DNA of 26,422 nucleotides from a virus (Duplodnaviria; Heunggongvirae; Uroviricota; Caudoviricetes): IMG/VR virus record IMGVR_UViG_2541047936_000001; one strand, 5' to 3'. Shown piece by piece: positions 17,601 to 26,152 of this stretch (position 1 is its first letter; each line of letters starts with the position of its first letter). The notes under the pieces were generated by a model. It saw only the letters and a program-made list of their open reading frames with translations, ran no database searches and was not told where the DNA came from. The position numbers and the translations under genes were made by a program.

Positions 17601-17769
17601 CACTTATTTTCCCTCGCTCGCTTTTGCGGACCTTTTTTGTATCCGCACCACGCCCGGCGCATACCAACCACAGAGCCTTTCGGGGGGAGCTTATGGAGTG
17701 GTCAGTGTGACTTTCTCTGTGGGCAGATCGCTCCCGGGCGTTGGCTCACCCACCCAAAGGAACGTCACG

Positions 17770-18202
17770 ATGTTTGGTATTTTTGGTAAAAAAAGCCCGC
17801 AGAGCGGCAACGGAAATTAAAAAGTTTGAAAAACGCGATCTGGCACAGGTGGTGATTAACGCCGCATACCTGGTGGCCTGTGCAGATGGTGAATGTGAGG
17901 CTTCCTAGAAAGCGAAGATCGAACAGGTACTGCGTAATCAGCCTGCGCTGTACGCGTTTACGTCAGAAATTAATGCGATTAGCGCAACCATTATCGGTCA
18001 GCTGGATACGAACTTTAAAACTGGTCGTCGTGCGGCGTTACGTGAGATCGAGGATGTGAAACACGATACGCGTGAAGCGGAAGATGTGCTGGATGTGGCG
18101 GTGGCCATTGCGGAGGCAGACGGCGAAATTGAGCCGGAAGAGCGCAAGGTGCTGGAAGAGATTGCCGGTGTTCTGGGTCTTCGTCTGGAGAATTACCTGT
18201 GA
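17770..18202 (+). pseudogene. TerB-like protein gene disrupted by a frameshift in an A7 run (17788-17794) and an in-frame TAG (17906-17908)
   Basis: ATG 17770 frame stops after 16 codons; adjacent frame reads ...AAYLVACADGECEAS*KAKIEQVLRN...EADGEIEPEERKVLEEIAGVLGL to TGA 18200-18202. Confidence 0.5.
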
Positions 18203-18366
18203 CGGTAAAACTGCGCCTGACTGTGGCTGCACTCCTGCTGTTTCTGGTGGTGATGGTGGATTTCACCAGCAGAATCATGTCGGTGCTGGCGGATGGGGTG
18301 CTGGTCTGCGGCATTATGGTATTGCTGTGGCCGGTGATAAAAAGAAACAGCCTGCATAATGCTTGA
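18199..18366 (+). CDS. Possible small membrane protein (55 aa), GTG start overlapping the TerB-like stop
   Basis: Hand translation VTVKLRLTVAALLLFLVVMVDFTSRIMSVLADGVLVCGIMVLLWPVIKRNSLHNA. Confidence 0.3.
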   Translation: MTVKLRLTVAALLLFLVVMVDFTSRIMSVLADGVLVCGIMVLLWPVIKRNSLHNA

Positions 18367-18680
18367 TTTTTTTGTTTGCTGTTTATTAAAAACACTTCTG
18401 CATGGTGAATCCCCCTGTGCGGTGGGGCAATCAGCAAGAAGGAATATGGGGTAATCGCGGATTCAGGTGCTGATACTGAATTCACCGGGAGGCACCCGGC
18501 ACCATGCTTTGCCACAAAAGTGTTATTTCTGTTTTTCTCAAACTATCATCGTTATCCCTTTATTTTCGGCTGCGCATGGCGCGGCCTTTTTTTTACGACC
18601 AGCCACTGGCAGATGGTCATCCTGTGATTTGATTCCGCTTCCGGCTTTTTAACTCTGTTCCTCTACACGGGAGAAATTCG

Positions 18681-20531
18681 ATGTCGATTAAACATTATGA
18701 TGTTGTCAGGGCGGCGTCGCCGTCAGACCTTGCGGAAAAGCTGACACACAAACTGAAAGAGGGCTGGCAGCCATACGGCGGACCGGTTGCCATTACGCCG
18801 TACACACTGATGCAGGCGGTGGCTATTGAAGGAGAGCCACAGGTCGGCCCTTCATCTGAGCCGGATTGGTACTACGTCATCGTACTGGCCGGGCAGTCCA
18901 ATGCCATGGCTTACGGTGAAGGGCTTCCGCTGCCGGATTCATACGATGCTCCGGATCCGCGCATTAAACAGCTGGCGCGCCGCAGTACAGTGACGCCGGG
19001 CGGGGCTGCCTGCAGATATAACGATATTATTCCGGCTGACCACTGTCTGCATGATGTGCAGGATATGAGTACGCTGAATCATCCGAGGGCTGACCTGAGC
19101 AAAGGGCAGTACGGCTGTGTCGGCCAGGGTTTACATATTGCCAAAAAACTGCTCCCGTATATCCCGAATAACGCGGGGATCCTGCTGGTACCATGCTGTC
19201 GTGGTGGTTCGGCATTTACCCAGGGCGCGGAGGGGACATTCAGCGAGTCCACGGGGGCCAGTCAGGATTCGGCACGCTGGGGGGTGGGCAAGCCGTTATA
19301 TCAGGATCTGATTTCCCGCACAAAAGCGGCATTGCAGAAAAATCCCAAAAACGTTCTGCTGGCCGTCTGCTGGATGCAGGGTGAGTTTGACATGAGCGCC
19401 GCCACCCACGCACAGCAACCTGCGCTGTTTACAGCCATGCTGACACAGTTTCGTGCTGACCTCTCCGTGTTTAACGCGCAGTGCCATGGTGGCAGCGCTG
19501 CAGATGTGCCGTGGATTTGTGGTGACACGACGTATTACTGGAAAAATACATACGCTACCCAGTACGACACCGTGTACGGCGGGTATAAAAACAGGGAGAG
19601 TGAGGGCGTTTATTTTGTGCCCTTCATGACAGACGGTAACGGCGTCAATACCGCCACTAACGCGCCGGCAGAAGATCCGGATATTCCGGCATCAGGATAT
19701 TACGGTGCGGCATCGAGAACGAATGGAAACCAGGTATCATCAAACCGCCCGACACATTTCAGTTCATGGGCGCGCAGGAGCATTATTCCGGATCGTCTGG
19801 CAACCGCTATTCTGAACGCAGCCGGGCGCACCTCAGCCTTCATCAGTGGTAAGGCACCGGAAATCAAACCCTCGCCCGGCGGCAACACGCCATCGGGTCC
19901 GTCTGCAGATACGTCCGTTCGCACAATCTCCCTGCTGCCGGCAGCCGGAGAGGCTGCTGCGCAGGGCTGGAGCATTAAGGATGGCGGAATTCAGTTGTCA
20001 GATGGTGTATTTAAGATCACCAAGCAGAGCAATAAAACCTGGTCCCTGACGCATCCGGTGGATGACGCAATTACCCTGCTGACACAGGGCGGCAGACTGA
20101 CCTGTAAGTTCCGCCTGTCAGGCGCACTGACCAACAATCAGTTCGGGCTGGGGATTTATCTGTATACGGATGCTCCCGTTCCTGATGGTGTGGCGATGAC
20201 GGGTACCGGTAATCCGTTCCTGATGTCGTACTTCACTCAGACCACTGACGGCAGAGTGAATCTGATGCATCACAGGAAAGCCGGAAACACGAAGCTGGGG
20301 GAGTTCGGCGATTACGGTAACGACTGGCAGACGCTGGAGCTGGTGTTCACCGCCGGCAGTGCCACGGTTACTCCGAAACTGAATGGAGTGGCTGGCCCGG
20401 CATTCCAGGTTATAAAAGACGGTCTGACACTGGGACTGAATGCGCTGACGCTGACGGATGTTACAAAAAATGCAGCGTATGGCGTTGAGATAGAAAGTCT
20501 GGTGCTGGAGATAAATGCACCGGCAGCATAA
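18681..20531 (+). CDS. NanS-p-like phage sialate O-acetylesterase (616 aa)
   Basis: GQSNAMAYG esterase motif; N-terminal DUF1737-like region; position between Q/tRNAs and holin as in Stx phages. Confidence 0.75.
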   Translation: MSIKHYDVVRAASPSDLAEKLTHKLKEGWQPYGGPVAITPYTLMQAVAIEGEPQVGPSSEPDWYYVIVLAGQSNAMAYGEGLPLPDSYDAPDPRIKQLARRSTVTPGGAACRYNDIIPADHCLHDVQDMSTLNHPRADLSKGQYGCVGQGLHIAKKLLPYIPNNAGILLVPCCRGGSAFTQGAEGTFSESTGASQDSARWGVGKPLYQDLISRTKAALQKNPKNVLLAVCWMQGEFDMSAATHAQQPALFTAMLTQFRADLSVFNAQCHGGSAADVPWICGDTTYYWKNTYATQYDTVYGGYKNRESEGVYFVPFMTDGNGVNTATNAPAEDPDIPASGYYGAASRTNGNQVSSNRPTHFSSWARRSIIPDRLATAILNAAGRTSAFISGKAPEIKPSPGGNTPSGPSADTSVRTISLLPAAGEAAAQGWSIKDGGIQLSDGVFKITKQSNKTWSLTHPVDDAITLLTQGGRLTCKFRLSGALTNNQFGLGIYLYTDAPVPDGVAMTGTGNPFLMSYFTQTTDGRVNLMHHRKAGNTKLGEFGDYGNDWQTLELVFTAGSATVTPKLNGVAGPAFQVIKDGLTLGLNALTLTDVTKNAAYGVEIESLVLEINAPAA

Positions 20532-20532
20532 T

Positions 20533-20830
20533 AAAAAAAGAGCCAGCGACTGACCTGAAAGAAGACGCTGGCTAAAAGGCCTTATATGTTTGTAGAGACT
20601 TATTTTTCACAGACAGCAATGATGCCTGTCAATATATTATCAATATGCGGATTGTTTCAGTTACAGATGCCTTATTAAGGAAAAAAACAGCCAGCACTGA
20701 CTTTCGGTGGAGAGGTGCTGGCTCAAAAGGATAGATGTACTTCACATGTTGCTTCTATATGGCAGTACATTTTCTGACAGACAGTGACGGATGTTGTCAA
20801 GATATTGTGTCATTTATAACCTGAATCAGG
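20533..20830. repeat. Two imperfect tandem repeats (~148-bp period), each starting with A7 plus an 8-9-bp-stem hairpin (20541-20573; 20689-20723)
   Basis: AAAAAAAGAGCCAGCG...CGCTGGCT and AAAAAAACAGCCAGCAC...GTGCTGGCT; shared GACAGACAG...GTCAA(T/G)ATATT. Confidence 0.5.
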
Positions 20831-20898
20831 GGAGGCCGGAATGTTATCTGGCATTTTTAGCAGAGCCTGAATGCCATAATCACGGCTCCCGGAGTTGG

Positions 20899-20928
20899 CC
20901 GTCAGTGGGTGACACTGGCGGTTTTTTT
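20899..20928 (+). terminator. Hairpin plus T7 on the plus strand, 50 bp upstream of holin S
   Basis: CCGTCAGTG-GGTGA-CACTGGCGG then TTTTTTT. Confidence 0.45.
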
Positions 20929-20978
20929 GTTTTTCTTTACTTTCATTTTCTGTCGGCGGTGACGGAGACATACATCAG

Positions 20979-21185
20979 ATGGAAAAAATCACAACGGGTG
21001 TGTCATACACCACGTCAGCGGTGGGGACGGGATACTGGTTACTGCAGCTGCTGGACAAAGTCTCTCCGTCCCAGTGGGTGGCAATCGGTGTGCTGGGGAG
21101 TCTGCTGTTTGGCCTGCTGACGTATCTGACTAACCTTTATTTCAAGATTAAAGAAGATAAGCGTAAGGTGGCGCGGGGAGAGTAG
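20979..21185 (+). CDS. Holin S (68 aa)
   Basis: [23 protein letters not shown]...; two TM segments; charged C-terminus. Confidence 0.85.
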   Translation: MEKITTGVSYTTSAVGTGYWLLQLLDKVSPSQWVAIGVLGSLLFGLLTYLTNLYFKIKEDKRKVARGE

Positions 21186-21440
21186 TCGATGAATAAACAA
21201 TACGAACTGGTTGTAAAATGAATATTTCTAACTGAAAAAACGTTCCATGAGGTAAGAAAAGGTCACAGGCAATCAATAACAGGACGTGATGAAAGACCCT
21301 TGCATTTGTGCGCTTTCTCTTTAGATAGCAGCAGATACTGAAAATCTGAGTTGTCGGGGAGTCAGGGATACAGCTGTGCAAGAGTTGGTCATTGTGATTC
21401 CATTGAAATCCTGTATGCCATGAAGGGCAGGATTTTATGG

Positions 21441-21755
21441 CTACCTGAGCTTTGGTGATAGTAAGTTGAAAATTCGCATTTTTTGCTGACATGCGTAACG
21501 AGAATCCCATAAGCAGGGAGGACTTAATTCTTCATTAACCCATGCGTTGATATTATGTTTCAGCCGTTGAAGCATCAGCGGTGTTAATGTTGTGGTAATA
21601 ATATCCAGCGTTTTATGTGAGATCTTACCGTAAGGGTCTGCAAGAATGCTGCTTGTTGCTTCGTTATTATCTGCCATCAGAAGAAGTAACTCTGATTTAA
21701 CGTTTTCTGTCATTAGTTGTAAAAATCTTCTGCGCAAACTTTCTTTACTGTTCAT
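21441..21755 (-). CDS. Hypothetical protein (104 aa, or ~90 aa from the second Met) antisense to the lysis cassette, between S and R
   Basis: ORF track; protein-like composition. Confidence 0.4.
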   Translation of the reverse strand: MNSKESLRRRFLQLMTENVKSELLLLMADNNEATSSILADPYGKISHKTLDIITTTLTPLMLQRLKHNINAWVNEELSPPCLWDSRYACQQKMRIFNLLSPKLR

Positions 21756-21872
21756 TTATATGGCTTCATTTGTTGTAATCTGCTGCGTCTCAAGGGATAT
21801 GTTTATGAGAGCGACCATGAGTGTTGGATTATATACCTAACATATCAAGGGATTAGAAATCGATAAATCCCC

Positions 21873-22406
21873 ATGAACGAAAAAATAAAATACGGCCTGT
21901 CGGCTGCCGTTCTGGCGCTGATTGGTGCAGGTGCTTCTGCGCCTGAAATCCTCGACCAGTTTCTGGATGAAAAGGAAGGTAACCACACCACGGCATACCG
22001 TGATGGTGCGGGGATCTGGACCATCTGCCGTGGTGCCATTCTGGTGGATGGTAAGCCTGTTATTCCTGGCATGAAGCTGTCAAAGGAAAAATGCGACCGG
22101 GTTAATGCCATCGAACGTGACAAGGCGCTGGCATGGGTGGAGAAAAACATCCGGGTGCCGCTGACCGAACCCCAGAAAGCGGGGATCGCGTCATTCTGTC
22201 CGTACAACATTGGCCCCGGTAAGTGCTTCCCGTCGACGTTTTATAAACGAATTAATGCAGGCGATCGAAAAGGTGCCTGTGAGGCGATTCGCTGGTGGAT
22301 TAAGGACGGTGGCAGAGACTGCCGTATCCGTTCAAATAATTGCTACGGTCAGGTCTCACGGCGTGACCAGGAGAGCGCGCTGGCGTGCTGGGACATCGAC
22401 AGATAG
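21873..22406 (+). CDS. Endolysin R, lysozyme-type with N-terminal signal-arrest-release (SAR) segment
   Basis: KYGLSAAVLALIGAGASA hydrophobic N-terminus followed by a T4-lysozyme-like region. Confidence 0.8.
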   Translation: MNEKIKYGLSAAVLALIGAGASAPEILDQFLDEKEGNHTTAYRDGAGIWTICRGAILVDGKPVIPGMKLSKEKCDRVNAIERDKALAWVEKNIRVPLTEPQKAGIASFCPYNIGPGKCFPSTFYKRINAGDRKGACEAIRWWIKDGGRDCRIRSNNCYGQVSRRDQESALACWDIDR

Positions 22407-22499
22407 CAGAATATTTTCCTGAAAAATGACGTTGGCCAACGCGGGTGGATAACACGAAATCCTGAAAACTGGTAAAACCTAAGTGAATAAAAGTAAAAA

Positions 22500-22535
22500 C
22501 CCCGTTTGTTGGCAGCAAGCGGGGTTTTGTGTTTT
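22500..22535 (+). terminator. Rho-independent terminator between R and Rz
   Basis: CCCCGTTTG-TTGGCAG-CAAGCGGGG then TTTTGTGTTTT. Confidence 0.5.
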
Positions 22536-22626
22536 CTGACCTTGAGTAAGGCAAGGGAGAAATTATGGGTAGGGAGGTACTTTCCCTGTGAGGAAGTATA
22601 AAAGATTCTTTCTGAGGTTGTCCATT

Positions 22627-22740
22627 ATGAAAGGCATTGAAGTGGAGACGCCAGCCAGTCTGGATTTAACAAGAGCGGCAGCTTTTGCCATTCGTATTGT
22701 GGCCATTGCTGTTCTGGTCTGGGCAATCCGTTGGTGGTGA
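22627..22740 (+). CDS. Possible small membrane protein (37 aa) ending 1 nt before Rz
   Basis: Hand translation MKGIEVETPASLDLTRAAAFAIRIVAIAVLVWAIRWW. Confidence 0.3.
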   Translation: MKGIEVETPASLDLTRAAAFAIRIVAIAVLVWAIRWW

Positions 22741-22741
22741 T

Positions 22742-23209
22742 ATGAACCGTGTTCTGTGCGTGGTTATCATTGTCCTGCTGGTGGCCTGTGGTGCGCTTAG
22801 TCTGGGGCTGAATCATTACCGTGATCACGCCATCATCTACAAAGAGCAGCGCGATAAAAAAGCCAGTGAGCTGGAGCTGGCGAACGCGACAATTACTGAT
22901 ATGCAGATACGCCAGCGTGATGTCGCTGCACTTGATGCCAGATACTCGAGGGAATTAGCCGATGCGAGAGCTGAAAATGAAACTCTGCGTGCTGATGTTG
23001 CCGCTGGTCGTAAGCGCCTGCGGATCAACGCCACCTGCTCCGGTACCGTGCGTGAAGCCACCGGCACCTCCGGCGTGGATAATGCAACCGGCCCCCGACT
23101 GGCAGACACCGCTGAACGGGATTATTTCATCCTCAGAGAACGGCTGATGGCAATGCAGAAGCAACTGGAAGGAGCACAGGAATATATCCGTACCCAGTGT
23201 ATACCGTGA
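22742..23209 (+). CDS. Rz (i-spanin)
   Basis: N-terminal TM segment then coiled-coil-like region; internal start MNRVLC of ORF 22685..23209. Confidence 0.8.
   Translation: MNRVLCVVIIVLLVACGALSLGLNHYRDHAIIYKEQRDKKASELELANATITDMQIRQRDVAALDARYSRELADARAENETLRADVAAGRKRLRINATCSGTVREATGTSGVDNATGPRLADTAERDYFILRERLMAMQKQLEGAQEYIRTQCIP
22977..23147 (+). CDS. Rz1 (o-spanin lipoprotein) embedded in Rz in the +1 frame
   Basis: MKLCVLMLPLVVSAC lipobox; Pro-rich mature part. Confidence 0.7.
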   Translation: MKLCVLMLPLVVSACGSTPPAPVPCVKPPAPPAWIMQPAPDWQTPLNGIISSSENG

Positions 23210-23674
23210 TGTTTTGTTATGAAGGTGTTACTGGTAACGTTAAGGTAATTTAACAAAGAGTCAGTTCCGGACTTTATAGTGTGCTCAGTTCATGGCCAAA
23301 AACGATTTCTGTGATAAATATTTTGAATATTATTTACAGGTAAATGGAGTGGGGCACATGGATAGAAATATTACAATAGAGAATGAAGTATATGCCCGTA
23401 TTGTATGGGCAGAGAAGGCAAAAACACGGTAATTCCGTGTGTTGCCATGATACCTGATTGGCAGAATAGTTGTTTGGTTTTGAGTATATAGTCAGCGTTT
23501 TTTGTTCAGTAATTGCTCCCTCAAAAAATAATAAAATAAGGTGATTATTTTTGTTTATTATTTAGTTTTTTTTGTGTGTTGTTTTATTGTTTTTGCGTGG
23601 TTTGTTTTTTATTGTTATTTCATTAAGGGAAGGTAAATTCAGGATGGCAGTCTGTAGATAATCGGAGGTCACTT

Positions 23675-23989
23675 ATGCTACATGATCACGTGGCAGAATG
23701 TCTGGAGAAAAAAGGACTGTACCGGAGAGCAGCTGAACGATGGGCAAAAGTGATGGTACAGCTAAGTGATGACCAGAAAAGAAAAGTGGCGGCACAGAAA
23801 CGAGCAGAGTGTTTGCGTAAGGCGCGCCGGACTCCGGTTTCACCGGTGAACCTGACCGAAATAAAACAAGCGGTCAACAGACTACATTCTGAGTTGGGAA
23901 TGGGATTTGAAGAGCGGCGGGTATTCCGACGATATAAAGGGACAGGAGAACAGAATACGTCCGGAAACGCGCGGTCAAAAAAATGCTAA
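23675..23989 (+). CDS. PerC-family transcriptional regulator (Pch-like), 104 aa
   Basis: MLHDHVAECLEKKGLYRRAAERWAKVM...; very AT/T-rich upstream region. Confidence 0.55.
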   Translation: MLHDHVAECLEKKGLYRRAAERWAKVMVQLSDDQKRKVAAQKRAECLRKARRTPVSPVNLTEIKQAVNRLHSELGMGFEERRVFRRYKGTGEQNTSGNARSKKC

Positions 23990-24070
23990 AAAATATCTGA
24001 GAGAGTTATTGCCTGTTACCATAAGAAAAAGCGACTTTAGTGGTCGCTTTTTGTGTCATATATAAGTCGT

Positions 24071-24295
24071 TTAAGTAAACCTGTCTGAACAGGTGCTCTG
24101 GTCGTGTTTGTCTTTGTTGGGTACAAATTGAGAATATTTTTCATTAATTAATCTTCTTCTGCAGGCTTCAATAACCCACGCTGAAAAATTACCTGAACCT
24201 TTCAGGTCAAGAGCGATGTTAATTTGTTCAATTATCTGGTTTGGAAATCGGATGTTGCGGGTTGTTGTTCTGCGGGTTCTGTTCTTTGATGACAT
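24071..24295 (-). CDS. Small DNA-binding-like protein (74 aa), possibly ribbon-helix-helix / DUF3950 (YlcI-like)
   Basis: ORF track; basic N-terminus MSSKNRTRRTTTRNIRFPNQIIEQINIAL. Confidence 0.5.
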   Translation of the reverse strand: MSSKNRTRRTTTRNIRFPNQIIEQINIALDLKGSGNFSAWVIEACRRRLINEKYSQFVPNKDKHDQSTCSDRFT

Positions 24296-24502
24296 AATGT
24301 TGCCCCGTATTCAGTGTTGCTGATTTGTATTATCTGAAGTTGCTTTTACGCTAATTTGATGCAGATCAATTAATACGATACCTGCGTAATAATTGATTAT
24401 TTCTCGTGGTTTGATGGCGTACACACATGTCGTGATAAACCTCATGTAGATGATAATTATTATCATTTTCGTGGGTCCTTTCCGGCGATCCGACAGGTTA
24501 CG

Positions 24503-24514
24503 GGGCGGCGACCT
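24503..24514. other. cosN cohesive-end site GGGCGGCGACCT (lambda-type)
   Basis: ...TCCGACAGGTTACG|GGGCGGCGACCTCGCGGGTTTTCGCTATTTATGAAAATTTTCCGG matches recalled lambda right-end/left-end junction. Confidence 0.7.
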
Positions 24515-24544
24515 CGCGGGTTTTCGCTATTTATGAAAATTTTC

Positions 24545-24660
24545 CGGGAACCATGTCCGGTTTCTCTTCAAGTTAACTATATGAAAAATATAAAAACAGG
24601 TCTTCTGTGAACCGGACATGCACAAAAAATAGATATGTAAACCGGACATGACCGGTTTTG
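24545..24660. other. cosB-like region with three copies of the 11-mer AACCGGACATG (24552-24562 inverted; 24610-24620; 24640-24650)
   Basis: Repeats read directly; expected position between cosN and nu1. Confidence 0.5.
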
Positions 24661-24697
24661 TTGTGATTGTGAGGTGAGAGTTTTTGCGAGGTGAGGA

Positions 24698-24835
24698 GTG
24701 GCTACGCAGACTGAAGTTGCCAGGCATTTAAGTCTGACCGATCGCCAGCTTCGCAGATTGCAGAAATTGCCGGGTAGCCAGGTAACACAGTGTTATGACA
24801 GCCCGCCGGTTCAGGCGGGCTTTTTTGTGGGGTGA
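24698..24835 (+). pseudogene. 5' remnant of terminase small-subunit gene (nu1-like, 45 codons)
   Basis: GTG start ~190 bp after cosN; ATQTEVARHLSLTDRQLRRLQKLPG resembles the Nu1 N-terminal HTH; reading ends inside a terminator hairpin. Confidence 0.4.
24801..24826 (+). terminator. Rho-independent terminator (GCCCGCC-GGTTCAG-GGCGGGC + T6) just upstream of stf
   Basis: Read directly. Confidence 0.6.
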
Positions 24836-24837
24836 AT

Positions 24838-26151
24838 ATGGCAGTAAAGATTTCAGGTGTGCTGAAAGACGGCACAGGAAAACCAATACAGAACTGCACC
24901 ATTCAACTGAAAGCCAGACGTAACAGCACCACGGTGGTGGTGAACACGGTGGCCTCTGAAAATCCGGATGAGGCAGGGCGTTACAGCATGGACGTCGAGT
25001 ATGGTCAGTACAGCGTCACTCTGTTGGTGGAGGGATTCCCTCCATCACATGCCGGGACCATCACCGTGTATGAAGATTCTCAACCGGGGACGCTGAATGA
25101 TTTTCTCGGTGCCATGTCGGAGGATGACGTCCGGCCTGAGGCAATGCGTCGTTTTGAACTGATGGTGGAAGAAGCGGCGCGTCACGCAGAGGAGGCGAAG
25201 AAGAATGCCGGAGAGGCGGAGACATCAGCGAGGAATGCCGGCATATCAGCCAGTCAGGCAGAAGAGAGCGCTGCAAATGCTGACACTTTAGCAGGGGATG
25301 CATCGGAGTCAGCCCGGCAGGCGGCAGAAAGTGCAGCCGCTGCAAAGCAGTCAGAGGAGGCGTCCTCGTCCTCGGCCTCTGCGGCCGCTCAAAAAGCCAG
25401 TGAGTCATCACAAAGTGCAGCAGATGCTGAATTGTCAAGAAAGACGGCAGAAAGTGCAGCCGGTAATGCAGCCAGGGATGCAACGACCGCAACAGAAAAA
25501 GCCCGGGAGTCAGCAGAAAGCGCACAGTCAGCGGAACAAAGCAGGATAGCGGCGGAAGAGGCCGTAAACCGAATCCCCACCGTGGTGGGACCTCCCGGGC
25601 CAAAGGGGGAACAGGGGCCCGCGGGTCCTCAGGGGCCGAAGGGTGATAAGGGAGAGCGCGGTGACACCGGCCCTGTCGGGGCAACCGGCGAACGGGGACC
25701 GGCAGGTGATGCTGGTCCGGCAGGCCCGCAGGGGCCGAAAGGTGACAGGGGAGAGCGGGGAGAGACCGGTCTGACGGGAAATGCAGGTCCACAGGGTCCA
25801 AAGGGAGATACCGGTGCGGCAGGCCCGGCAGGCCCACAGGGACCGAAAGGAGAAACAGGTGCGGCTGGCCCGGTGGGGGCAACCGGACCTCAGGGACCGA
25901 AGGGCGACCCGGGGGAGACACAAATCCGTTTTCGTCTGGGGCCGGCGAGCATTATTGAGACAAACAGCAATGGCTGGTTCCCGGGTACAGATGGTGCGCT
26001 CATCACCGGACTGACCTTTCTTGACCCCAAAGATGCCACACAGGTTCAGGGGCTGTTTCAGCATTTGCAGGTCAGGTTTGGTGACGGGCCGTGGCAGGAT
26101 GTTAAGGGGCTGGATGAAGTGGGCAGTGATACAGGCAGAACAGGAGAATGA
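24838..26151 (+). CDS. stf: Side tail fibre protein Stf-like with lambda-Stf-type N-terminus and a ~110-residue collagen-like Gly-X-Y repeat block
   Basis: MAVKISGVLKDGTGKPIQNCTIQLKARRNSTTVVVNTV matches recalled lambda Stf N-terminus; GPPGPKGEQGPAGPQGPKG... repeats. Confidence 0.8.
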   Translation: MAVKISGVLKDGTGKPIQNCTIQLKARRNSTTVVVNTVASENPDEAGRYSMDVEYGQYSVTLLVEGFPPSHAGTITVYEDSQPGTLNDFLGAMSEDDVRPEAMRRFELMVEEAARHAEEAKKNAGEAETSARNAGISASQAEESAANADTLAGDASESARQAAESAAAAKQSEEASSSSASAAAQKASESSQSAADAELSRKTAESAAGNAARDATTATEKARESAESAQSAEQSRIAAEEAVNRIPTVVGPPGPKGEQGPAGPQGPKGDKGERGDTGPVGATGERGPAGDAGPAGPQGPKGDRGERGETGLTGNAGPQGPKGDTGAAGPAGPQGPKGETGAAGPVGATGPQGPKGDPGETQIRFRLGPASIIETNSNGWFPGTDGALITGLTFLDPKDATQVQGLFQHLQVRFGDGPWQDVKGLDEVGSDTGRTGE

Positions 26152-26152
26152 C

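Noticed and set aside
17405-17671. 88-aa minus-strand ORF across the tRNA cluster
   Set aside because: Overlaps three tRNA genes; artefact.
18015-18515. 166-aa minus-strand ORF antisense to the TerB-like region
   Set aside because: Antisense to a region with a recognisable, if disrupted, plus-strand gene; no start context.
17601-18680. Search for Shiga toxin genes at the canonical position after the tRNAs
   Set aside because: No stxA/stxB-like ORFs; the interval holds a TerB-like pseudogene and a small ORF instead.
20533-20830. Possibility that the tandem repeats are a CRISPR array
   Set aside because: Only two copies, ~148-bp period, units are imperfect and not short repeat-spacer units; no cas genes.
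20791-21120. 109-aa plus-strand ORF overlapping the repeat region and holin start
   Set aside because: Different frame overlapping the well-supported holin; begins inside the non-coding repeat.
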